DNA of 46,129 bases from assembly GCF_006345805.1 (NCBI RefSeq), contig NW_021834606.1:1-46129 (forward strand), in the 5' to 3' direction. The stretch comes from Octopus sinensis. Lineage: Eukaryota. Position numbers and translations under genes: made by a program. Below the pieces are notes generated by a model. It worked only from the letters and a program-made list of their open reading frames with translations, was not told the origin of the DNA and searched no databases. This document shows positions 35,162 to 45,924 of this stretch, in pieces. Position 1 is the stretch's first letter. Each line of letters begins with the position of its first letter.

Positions 35162-36277
35162 CTATACGCATACACATACATTCATATACTATATGTATGT
35201 ATTCAAACTGGTATAATTAATTATTTACAATGATAACTATTATTATTATTATTATGGTGGTTAAACTTGGGGATCACGCTAAGAGAAATAGCTGTAAGCT
35301 GGGATTTTGTCTTTTTGTAATTAATTAATAAATGATAATTGGTGTTAATCAATTGCTATTCATCAATTTTATCTCCATTTTCTAACTTTTCCTTAAATAT
35401 CATCATCATCATCGTCATCATTGTTTAACTTCCATTTTCCATGCTAGCATGGGTTGGACGGTTCAACTGGGGTCTGAGAAGCCAGGAGGCTGCACCAGGC
35501 CCAGTCTGATCTGGCAATGTTTCTACAGCTGGATGCCATTCCTAACGCCAACCACACTGTGAGTGTAGTGGGTGCTCTTTACGTGCCACCGGCACAGGTG
35601 CCAGACGAGGCTGGCAACGGCCACGATCAGATGGTGCTTTTTACATGCCACCGGCACGGAGGCCAGTTGGGGTGGTACTGGCAACGGCCACGTTCGGATG
35701 GTTCTCTTACGTGCCACCGGCACTGGTATCACAACCACAATTTCCATTGATTTTTATCAATTTCGATTTCAATTTCACTTGCCTCAACAGGTCTTCGCAA
35801 GTAGAGTTTTGTGTCCCAAGAAGGAAAGGTATGCATAAGTGGACTGGCTACATCCCAGGTAGAGGTAGAGTTATGGTCTCACTTGTCTTGCCGGGACAAG
35901 TGAGACCAAATATAAACTTCAGTTTATTCCTTTCCTTACCTATCATTTATAAACATTAATACTAATACTCATAACCACACATAGGTAAGATACCAGTAAT
36001 TCATTGGATACAAGTGTCCCTCAGACGGTTGTTATAACCTCTAATTCAACTCACCTTTATAGTGACATTTGAAATTTTGTCTAGGTGAATCTAGCAGAAG
36101 AGAACTAATCAAATGTAAGTTAACGAATGTAATTTGGAAAGTTTGAAACATAGGTCCTAGATTATCCACATCTGGGTTTTACATTTATCCAATGTTCTTC
36201 CTACAGGTAAGAAGAAATTTTTTATGTTCGTCACCCGCAAACATTTTTGCCACTATATATATATATATATATATCCG

Positions 36278-36861
36278 CTCGGTCGACTCTCAGTTACTCG
36301 TTGGATCAGTGTCCTCCAGTCAAAACATTTGCTGGAGATCTCGGCCCGCTCCAAGACTTCAATGTTTGTGATGAAGTCACTCCAGTGAATGTTGAGGATG
36401 GTGCGGACACATCACTGGTGGAAGCGCTTGAGGAGACGGATGTGACTGTGGTAAGTGATCCAGGTCTCTGAGCCGTAGAGAAGAGTGGTGAGAACCACGG
36501 CCCTGTAGTTACTGATCTTTGTTTTGTTCTTCAGGTTATTATTGTGCCTCAAGAAGTCTCTAACAGCATGTCATACTGACCACCAATGCTGGTCAGGCCT
36601 GGCTGTGGACCATGATGTCTGGCGCCACACGATCTTCAACACAGTCAACAAGTTTGAGGAACAAAGAAGAGGCGCACTTAAAGACAAGAGACACGGGAGG
36701 AAGGCGCGAGCCACCTCTGACACCACATCGGACGTTACCTTCGTCTGTGGACACTGCTCACGGACCTGCCTTTCCCAAATCGGACTTGTCAGTCATGAGC
36801 GTGCATGCACGTGACATGGACAGCTTTCCTGATCTTCATTTGCGAAGCTGAGCCATGATGA

Positions 36862-36870
<9 letters not shown>
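36278..36870. mobile_element. RTE (BovB-like) LINE fragment with 5' inversion
   Basis: Minus 36320-36546: KTKISNYRAVVLTTLLYGSETW...ILNIHWSDFITNIEVLE; plus 36547-36813: LKKSLTAC...FVCGHCSRTCLSQIGLVSHERAC*, then (TGA)n. Confidence 0.85.
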
Positions 36871-36907
<37 letters not shown>

Positions 36908-37073
36908 TGAAGCTTTACTATAGTGTCGTATATTATCAACTGCTATTTCCAGTAAATATTGGTGCATTGTTGTACCAGTATCCCATATTTATATACATAT
37001 ACATACATATATATGTGTGTGTGTGTGTGTGTATGTGTGTGTGTGTGTGTATGTGTTTGTGTGTGTGTATATA

Positions 37074-37120
<47 letters not shown>

Positions 37121-37287
37121 TGTGTGTGTGTATATATATATGTGTGTGTGTGTGTATATATATATATGTGTGTGTGTGTATATATATAGACACACACACA
37201 CACGGATAGATAGCTAGATAGACAGACAGACAGACAGCTAGATAGATAGAGAGACAGATAGATAGAGAGACAGATAGATAGAGAGAC

Positions 37288-37318
<31 letters not shown>

Positions 37319-37453
37319 GAGAGACAGATAGATAGATAGATAGATACACGTGCACACACACACACACACATATGCACATAAAAAAAAACTTTTTAAAGTT
37401 ATTAAGCATTAAAAAAAACAACAGTAATTTATATTTAACAGAAAGTCACTGAC

Positions 37454-37543
37454 CTTTGGGGCAGAGGCTTTTATATAACAATTTAGGCCTTGATGTGCAT
37501 CTGTTATTTGAAACCCATTGTTCCTCAACTTTTCCCAACACAT
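37454..37543 (-). CDS. Candidate alternative first coding exon (MCWEKLRNNGFQITDAHQGLNCYIKASAPK)
   Basis: ATG after an in-frame stop, 30 open codons, AAG/gtcagt donor in phase 0; no homology support. Confidence 0.3.
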
Positions 37544-38015
37544 GCGCTTCAGGCTAATGCATCAGCCCAGAACGTGTGCTTTTGTTTACATACAGAATAC
37601 ACACCAGGTATAAAATATGCACAACATACATTCAAAACTTTTTCCGCAAAGGTTAATGACATTCTGTTGAATAATAAGCAAATGTTTTTAAAATAATTTT
37701 GAAAAAAAAAAACATCTTTTTGTAATTATATTTAACGATACGTAAAGTAATTTTTTAAAAAAAGCTTCTGATCATATGTGCATGTGTATACTCTTTTACT
37801 CTTTTACTCTTTTACTTGTTTCAGTCAATTGACTGCGGCCATGCTGGAGCACCGCCTTTAGTCGAGTAAATCGACCCCGGGACTTATTCTTTGTAAGCCC
37901 AGTACTTATTCTATCGGTCTCTTTTGCCGAACTACTAAGTTACAGGGACGTAAACACACCAGCATCGGTTGTCAAGCAATGCTAGGGGGACAAACACAGA
38001 CACACAAACACATAC

Positions 38016-38072
<57 letters not shown>

Positions 38073-38659
38073 TACGACAGGCTTCTTTCAGTTTCCGTCT
38101 ACCAAATCCACTCACAAGGCATTGGTCGGCCCGGGGCTATAGCAGAAGACACCTGCCCAAGATGCCACGCAGTGGGACCGAACCCGGAACCATGTGGTTG
38201 GTTAGCAAGCTACTTACCACACAGCCACTCCTACACACATAGATTGATACGTAAAGCAATATGCATATATATCAACATGTATATATATGTATATATATAT
38301 ATATCAATATGTATATATATATATATATAAATTTACATTTGAGGATAAAATCTTTATAAGAAATTATCAGTAGTTAGCGGGAAAAACCTCGTAAGAGAAA
38401 AAATCCGTAAATTTTTCCACTTTGAAAATATTTATTTATATTATATTGAGGGTACTACTATTCATAGATACCACACACTAAGAGGGACCAATGCGGTCAA
38501 AACTACTAAAATAAACTAAAACTTTTTTTTTTTTTTTAAATGACTTGCTTTGAAGTTTTGCATTCAGTAAAATTTTGTTTATTTTAGTAGTTTTGACCGC
38601 ATTGTCCCTCTTTAGCGGTGTGGTATCTATGAATAGTAGTATCCTCAATATAATATATA

Positions 38660-38983
38660 ATAATATATATATATATATATATATATAATATGTGTATATA
38701 TATATATATATTATATATCAATATGTGTGTGTGTATATATAATATATAAATCAATATGTGTATATATATATATATATATATCAATATGGTGGATATATAT
38801 ATATATCAATATGTGTATATATATATATCTATATATATCAATATGTGTATATATTAATATATATATCAATATGTGTGTATATATATATATATATATCAAT
38901 ATGTATTATATATATATATATCAATATGGTGTATATATTATATATATATCAATATGTATATATATATATATATATATATATCA

Positions 38984-39020
<37 letters not shown>

Positions 39021-39230
39021 TATGTATATATATATATATATCATATATGTGTATATAATATATATATATATATATATATGGTAGCATGGAAGCGGACGTT
39101 AAATGATGATGATGATGATGATGATATATATATATATATCAATATGTATATATATATATCAATATGTATACATATATATATCAATATGCATACATATATA
39201 TATATATCAATGTGTATATATATATATGTG
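38660..39230. repeat. Degenerate (TA)n-TCAATATG satellite
   Basis: tcaatatg recurring between variable TA tracts. Confidence 0.85.
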
Positions 39231-39451
39231 GCTGTGTGGTAAGTAGCTTGCTTACCAACAACATGGTTCTAGGTTCAGTCCCACTGCATGGAACCTTGGG
39301 CAAGTGTCTTCTACTATAGCCTCGGGCTGACCAAAACCTTGTGAGACGGAAACTGAAAGAAGCCTGTCATATATATGTGTGTGTGTGTGTGTGTGTGTTT
39401 GTGTGTCTGTGTTTGTCCCCCTAACATCACTTGACAACCGATGCTGGTGTA

Positions 39452-39790
39452 GATACAGGACATCAAAAAAAAAACGTTGAACACAATGAGAAACGAAAAC
39501 ATAAAAACAAAAACATAGAAACAAACTTTTGTCGAACAACAAAAAACAAACAGAGAAACGAGACATCCAACATAAAGAATATTCCCCTTCATCAGCTGTC
39601 CCTGTTTCAACTACTCCACGTTTACCCTTGCCTTCGAAATGTGAAGTAGTTGAAACAAGGACAACTGAAGAAGGGGAATATTCTTTATGTTGGATGTCTA
39701 GCTTCTCTGTTTGTTTTTTTCATTTCTATGTTTTTGTTTTTATGTTTTCATTTCACATTGTGTTCAACATTTTTTTAATGTCCTGTACCA
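39452..39790. repeat. Foldback (~160-bp arms) of the GTACAGGAC-terminated family with permuted HHR-like motifs
   Basis: aaagaatattccccttcatcag / ctgaagaaggggaatattcttt mirror; relatives at 3470-3670, 4080-4700, 18630-18820. Confidence 0.75.
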
Positions 39791-39914
39791 ATATATGCAT
39801 GTATGTATATATACATATATATGTAGGTATGTACATATATGTATGTATATATGCATATATTTTTTTTCCTAGTTTCAGCTCAGAGCTGCGGCCATGCTGA
39901 TGCACCGCCGTTTT

Positions 39915-40215
39915 GTGCTACACTGTTATTGCGACGAACCTCGTCTAATATGTGGCACTTGGTGAAGAATGGAGTTTGATATAGCTACTCTCAATTGCAC
40001 CCCTTGCCGTGAGGTAGGTTCATCTGGGACTCTTGACAGGAAGATGTCCAGCCTTGATTTAAAAACCGCTACATCTACTTTGTGCAAGTTCCTCAGACTC
40101 TTTGGGAGAATATTAAAAAGCTGTGGGCCCTTGAAACCCAGGCTGTTGCAGAAGCTGGTACTGAAGCGTGATGGCATGCTGGGATCTTTGGCACTATGCA
40201 GTGTCGTCCTGTTCT
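39915..40215 (-). mobile_element. CR1/L2-group LINE 3' fragment
   Basis: GPQLFNILPKSLRNL...FKSRLDIFLSRVPDEP translation. Confidence 0.75.
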
Positions 40216-40242
40216 AGCATATATTCTTTATATATTGTATAC

Positions 40243-40308
<66 letters not shown>

Positions 40309-40731
40309 ATTATTATTATTTGAGGGAATATAAATCCAAACTTACAGGGAAAAAAAATATAGCCACGAAACACGTGTCGTTATTCTACAAATTATTATAC
40401 GTTTTTATTATTTTTTTTGCAATTTACTTAATCATTGACGTTTTATTGTTATTTTAATTTTAATATTTCTATTATATGAAATTTTCTAGATGGTGTAATT
40501 TAATTGTTCATTTTGAATTGATAAAAGGTGGTTTTCTTCTAATTTATATATATATATACACATATAAACTTTGTTCACAACTGTGAATGAAGTTTTGGTC
40601 TGGTTGGCATCCTAACTACACTATCTCATGTTCCTGAGATTCATATCTACATCTTTATCTGTATATTTACCTTCCCTAAGATGTTATTAATTGATCTGAG
40701 AACTTTATATTATTGCAAAACCAATATAAAA

Positions 40732-40817
40732 TTAGCTGAAGATTACTCGGCATCTTAAATCTGCTGTAATATTTACAGCTTTTAATAAAATGTTGTAGTA
40801 TGAAACAATTGTACTAA
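40732..40817 (+). ncRNA. Type-I HHR with long stem II (same family as 11980-12065)
   Basis: uuag CUGAAGA uuac...guau GAAA CAAUUG UA cuaa. Confidence 0.72.
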
Positions 40818-40966
40818 ATTACCGGATTCATTCTTGTTGCTTATTTTTGTATATATATATATATATATATTTAAAAAGGAGATGTGGAACACGAGTTGTG
40901 ATATATAAAAAAAGGAAATAAAAAAAAAAATCTATCAGAAAGGACTTCTATCTCTCTTAAAAAAAA

Positions 40967-41006
40967 TCTTTTGATAAGCATAACAAATGCGCAACCGGTA
41001 AAAAGA
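40967..41006 (+). ncRNA. Degenerate U3-A8 HHR (A13>C)
   Basis: ucuu UUGAUAA gcau-aacaa-augc GCAA CCGG UA aaaaga. Confidence 0.6.
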
Positions 41007-41069
41007 ACTTTCACCTAATTAAATACACTCTCCCTTACTTAAATTATTTTGTCAGCATTTTCTTCATTT

Positions 41070-41119
<50 letters not shown>

Positions 41120-41129
41120 TGTTGTGTCT

Positions 41130-41455
41130 AGGCTGAGTCATTCTCTTTTAGTGCCTTCCAATTTTACAAACTCAGCGGTATGAGTTTCCACTCATTTCCT
41201 TCTTTATTTTTCTAAAATTTTCGTTGCATTATTGCAACCTTTTCAATAGTTGAGAGTCAGCTGCTAGTGAAAAGGCTGCAAGATGCAATGAAAATTTTAG
41301 AAAAATAAATAAGTAAATGAGTGGAAACTTTACTGGTGAGAGTGTTAAATTATAAAGCACAAAAAGAGAATGACCCTCCCCAGATACAACAGAATATGCT
41401 TCAAAACACGAACTCACATAAAGAATCTTGCAAACCAAATCCAAAAAACGAAACA
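41130..41455. repeat. Foldback with candidate minimal HHRs (41212-41249 -, 41264-41300 +) followed by a short ORF-start remnant
   Basis: cua UUGAAAA g guugca-auaa-ugcaac GAA AAUU U uag; downstream MTLPRYNRICFKTRTHIKNLANQIQK. Confidence 0.55.
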
Positions 41456-41467
41456 TATATATATATA

Positions 41468-41645
41468 TAGGGAGAGTTTACGAAAAAGACAAACGACGAA
41501 GACAGGTGGTGTACAAAACAAACAGATGTATTAGTATAAAGCTCAGGAATAGAAAAAGTTTTTTACGTTTCGAGCCTATGCTCTTCTACAGAAAGGGGCA
41601 CAGAAAAAAAACAAGGAGAGAAAAATATATATATATATATGTATG

Positions 41646-41682
<37 letters not shown>

Positions 41683-41842
41683 AGAGTTTACGAAAAAAAC
41701 ACAAGACGAAGACAGGTGGTGTACAAAACAAACAGATGTATTAGTATAACGCTCAGGAATAGAAAAAGCTTTTTACGTTTCGAGCCTACACTCTTCTACA
41801 GAAAGGGACACAGAAAAAACAAGGATAGAAAAAAACACCACA

Positions 41843-41903
<61 letters not shown>

Positions 41904-42110
41904 TATATATATAGGGAGAGTTTACGAGAAAAAAACACACAAAGACGAAGACAGGTGGTGTACAAAACAAACAGATGTATTTGTATAACGCTCAGGAATA
42001 GAAAAAGTCTTTTACATTTCAAGCCTACGCTCTTACACAGAAAGGGACACAGAAAAAAAACAAGGAGAGAAAAAAATGTGTGTAGTGGCTAACGATCTAT
42101 CATGGCGACT
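41468..42110 (-). repeat. Three ~200-bp HHR-bearing units separated by (TA)n (HHRs 41561-41595, 41771-41805, 42009-42044)
   Basis: cuuu CUGUAGA a gagc-auag-gcuc GAAA CG UA aaa; third copy degenerate. Confidence 0.78.
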
Positions 42111-42922
42111 GACTTCGGACAGAAGGGTCACACACAAGAGGCAAGAAGTAGGGGAGATAACAAAGTAAAGATGACCCCTAACATGAAGGTGCGTGTGTGT
42201 ATAAGAGAGTATGTATGTGCATGTGAAAGAGGGCTGGTGGCATGGACGTGTGCGTGTATGTATGTGTAGGTGTGAAAATGTGGGAATGGGTGTGTGGGTG
42301 GTGTGATGTGATGTGTAATGTTGTATGTAGTGCTGTGTGGTGTGATGTTGTTGGGAGGTGAGGGAGGCGAGAGTGGGGAAAGCATGGGTGGGGTGTGGGT
42401 TCAGTTGAGGGTTGGGGTTTGTGGGAGAGGGTGTGTGGGATAGGATGGGGGATGGAATGGGGGGGATGGGAAGGAGATATATATATATATATAAGGAGGC
42501 GCAATGGCCCAGTGGTTAGAGCAGTGGACTCGCGGTTGTAGGATCGCGGTTTCGATTCCCAGACCGGGCGTTGTGAGTGTTTATTGAGCGAAAACACCTA
42601 AAAGCTCCACGAGGCTCTGGCAGTGGGGTGGTGGCGATCCCTGCTGTACTCTTTCACCACTCTTTCTTCTGTTGGCCTGCTCGCTTAGCCAGCGGGGTGG
42701 CGTCATTCGAGGGCTAAAACGATGCGAACGGATTGTGACCAGCGATGTGTAACAACATCTGATGGTCTGGTCGGTCACGTGATCACGTGATATATATATA
42801 TATGAGCATTTCAAATAATGTAGTCCTAGATACACATTTGAATGAAAGACAGGATGGTCACATCTTTGAGCCCTGGCCCACTGGACCTGGGATTAAACAG
42901 CAAGAACAAGAACACCACTTAC

Positions 42923-42994
42923 TTTATTATTGTACATATTGAGATTCTGTGTTGGTTGATGAGATTTTAACACACAAGGAACAGAGTCGGTAAC
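42923..42994 (-). CDS. Probable upstream exon of the SEC14-like gene, 72 nt (VTDSVPCVLKSHQPTQNLNMYNNK; may hold the start ATG at 42937)
   Basis: ttttccgttttgttcttcag acceptor, gtaagt donor, open, phase 0, non-repetitive; no homology support. Confidence 0.55.
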
Positions 42995-43833
42995 CTGAAG
43001 AACAAAACGGAAAAACACAATTAGTGAAATCAATTAATTTGGCTCAGAAAAGACATAATTAACATATAGGCGCAGGAGTGGCTGTGTGGTAAGTAGCTTG
43101 CTAACCAACCACATGGTTCCGGGTTCAGTCCCACTGCGTGGCATCTTGGGCAAGTGTCTTCTGCTATAGCCCCGGGCCAACCAATGCCTTGTGAGTGGAT
43201 TTGGTAGACGGAAACTGAAAGAAGCCCATCGTATGGAGTAGCTGTGTGGTAAGTAGCTTGCTAACCAACCACATGGTTCTGGGTTCAGTCCCACTGCGTG
43301 GCATCTTGGGCAGGTGTCTTCTGCTATAGCCTCGGGCTGACCAATGCCTTGTGAGTGGATTTGGTAGACGGAAACTGAAAGAAGCCTGTTGTATATATGT
43401 ATATATATATATATAAGTGTGTGTGTATATGTTTGTGTGCCTGTGTTTGTCCCCCCACCATCGCTTGACAACCGATGCTGGTGTGTTTACGTCCCCGTCA
43501 CTTAGTGGTTCGGCAAAAGAGACCGATAGAATAAGTACTGGGCTTACAAAGAATAAGTCCCGGGGTCGATTTGCTCGACTAAAGGCGGTGCTTCAGCATG
43601 GCCGCAGTCAAATGACTGAAACAAGTAAAAGAGTAAAGAGTATACTTAATGCAGGCATCCTCATCAGCACCACCACCACCACCAACACCACCATTAATTC
43701 CACATTTGTTTTCTCATGTCTGCCTGGATTTGATGGAATTTTTCTCAGCAGACATCTACATCCTGAATGAATGACCCTCTTGATGCTAGCTAGCCTTTAT
43801 CGTTTTTAACTGTTTTGCTACCACATCTTTATA

Positions 43834-45029
43834 TCTATATATATAAAACTGTAGTTGTGTGAGTGTCTGTCCCCTTCGATTTAGATTCCTAACTACTCCC
43901 ACATTTTGCGGTGCAGTTTAACCAAAACCGGGTATCTTATAGTCGTGATTCATATCGAGCCCGTCTGGCTATTAGCGTGCGTCTACGATGAGTCTACGAT
44001 TTTTAAAATAATTTACCATAATTTTTTATTCCATTTTAATGCATAATTTTTCGTGTGTCGATGCGGCGGAGTTGGCGTCCATGGAACACGCACCTGTTTG
44101 CTCTCCCCTTCTTCCCTCCCTCGTGAAGCTGTGGGGGGAGGGAGTGTAAGGAAATCAACGCCGTAAAGCGTTGTCAAGGAGAACCAGCGTTCTTTTAGAA
44201 CAACGACTTCATGGCTTGAAGACACCAAAACAGAAATGGCTAAGAAAGCCTGAATTGGCATCTATAAGGGAAGTAACTCTCTGAAAATGCTTATATAGTT
44301 ATTTCCCTTACAAACCCGAGCAACGCCGGGCGATACTGCTAGTATATATAAAAGAGAGGTTGTGTGTCTGTCTCCTACGATTTAGATTCCTAACTACTTC
44401 CACATTTTGCGGTGCAGTTTCACCAAAACCGGGTATCTTATAGTCGTGATTCATATCGAGCCCTTCTGGGTATTAGCGCGCGTCTACGATTTTAAAAAAA
44501 ATTTACCATCATTGTTTTCCATTTTTAATGCATTTTTTTGCTATTATATAAGGGAAGTAACTCTCTAAAAATGTCTACGATGAGTCTACGATTTTAAAAA
44601 TAATTTACCATCATTTTTTTCCATTTTAATGCATTTTTTTGCTATTATATAAGGGAAGTAACTCTCTAAAAATGTCTACGATGAGTCTACGATTTTAAAA
44701 ATAATTTACCATCATTTTTTTCCATTTTTAATGCATTTTTTTGCTATTATATAAGGGAAGTAACTCTCTAAAAATGTCTACGATGAGACTACGATTTTAA
44801 AAATAATTTACCATCATTTTTTTTCCATTTTAATGCATTTTTTTGCTATTATATAAGGGAAGTAACTCTAAAAATGTCTACGATGAGTCAACAATTTTTT
44901 TTTAAATTTACCATAATTTTTTTTCCATTTTTAATGCATTTTTTTGCTATCTTTTGGCTATAACTCTCTAAAAATGCTTATATAGTTATTTCCCTTACAA
45001 ACCCGAGCAACGCCGGGTGATACTGCTAG
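43834..45029 (+). mobile_element. Two head-to-tail non-autonomous Helitron-like copies; second has a ~101-bp internal tandem repeat
   Basis: Hairpin plus CTAG ends at 44339-44342 and 45026-45029; repeat starts 44549, 44650, 44752, 44854. Confidence 0.78.
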
Positions 45030-45338
45030 TTTCCGATAAAATACACTGCCTTCATTTCAATTAATTTTGAAAATAATTAAGGCACAGGAGTGATTGTGTG
45101 GCAAGAAGCTTGCTACCCAACCACATGGTCCCGGGTTCAGTCCCACTGTGTGGCACCTTCGACAAGTGTCTTTTACTATAGCCTCGGGCCAAGTGTTTAC
45201 TATTTTTTTTGTGAAGTGTGTGTATAAATATACTGTTTGCATGTGAAGTATAACTATAAATATATATATATATATATATACTGTTTGTATGTGAAGTGTG
45301 TATATAAATATACTGTTTGTATATGAAGTATTAATATG

Positions 45339-45374
<36 letters not shown>

Positions 45375-45380
<6 letters not shown>

Positions 45381-45650
45381 ACTAGCCATCTCAATATGGC
45401 TAACCACTAAGGGTGGGTGTTACTGTAGCTTGTAGCCCGAGGAGATCATCGTCTCCAGCTGGTTTTAGGCACACTATCTGTGCCCTTATGGTATTTGCAA
45501 AGGGAGGTCATCCCTCCCTCGTCAACCTAGGTGACACGCACGGACTGCAGTTTCTAGGATTTGCCTGTCTTCAGCATACGGCAGTCACCGGTTGTCGATG
45601 AAGGGGTCCCAATGCAAATCTTTATATCGTTCAGAGATTTATTATTGCTT
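45375..45650 (-). mobile_element. Diverged relative of the 20.5-kb retrozyme-like element; HHR at 45538-45579
   Basis: guaug CUGAAGA cagg-caaau-ccua GAAA CUGCAG UC cgugc, followed by the same ordered hairpins and CAGUAACACCC motif. Confidence 0.78.
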
Positions 45651-45890
45651 ATATATATCATCATCATCATCGTTTAACGTCCGCTTTCCATGCTAGCATG
45701 GGTTGGACGGTTCAACGGGGTCTGCAAGCCCGAAGGCTGCACCAGGCCATATATATATAGATATATATTATATTATATATATATATATATATATGTTACT
45801 GTTTGTATGTGAAGTGTGTGTATAAATATACTGTTTGTATATGAAGTATTAATATGAATATGAATATATATATATATGTATATATATATG

Positions 45891-45924
<34 letters not shown>

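Noticed and set aside
37465-37480. TATAAAAG as a TATA box
   Set aside because: It lies only ~14 nt from a candidate donor, inside the candidate exon; no independent promoter evidence.
39926-40177. 83-aa ORF as a host-gene exon
   Set aside because: Matches a CR1/L2-type LINE C-terminus and is not needed in the SEC14-like reading frame.
40362-40385. GAAACACGTGTC hammerhead 3' half
   Set aside because: The 5' core and stem II are missing; counted only as a remnant.
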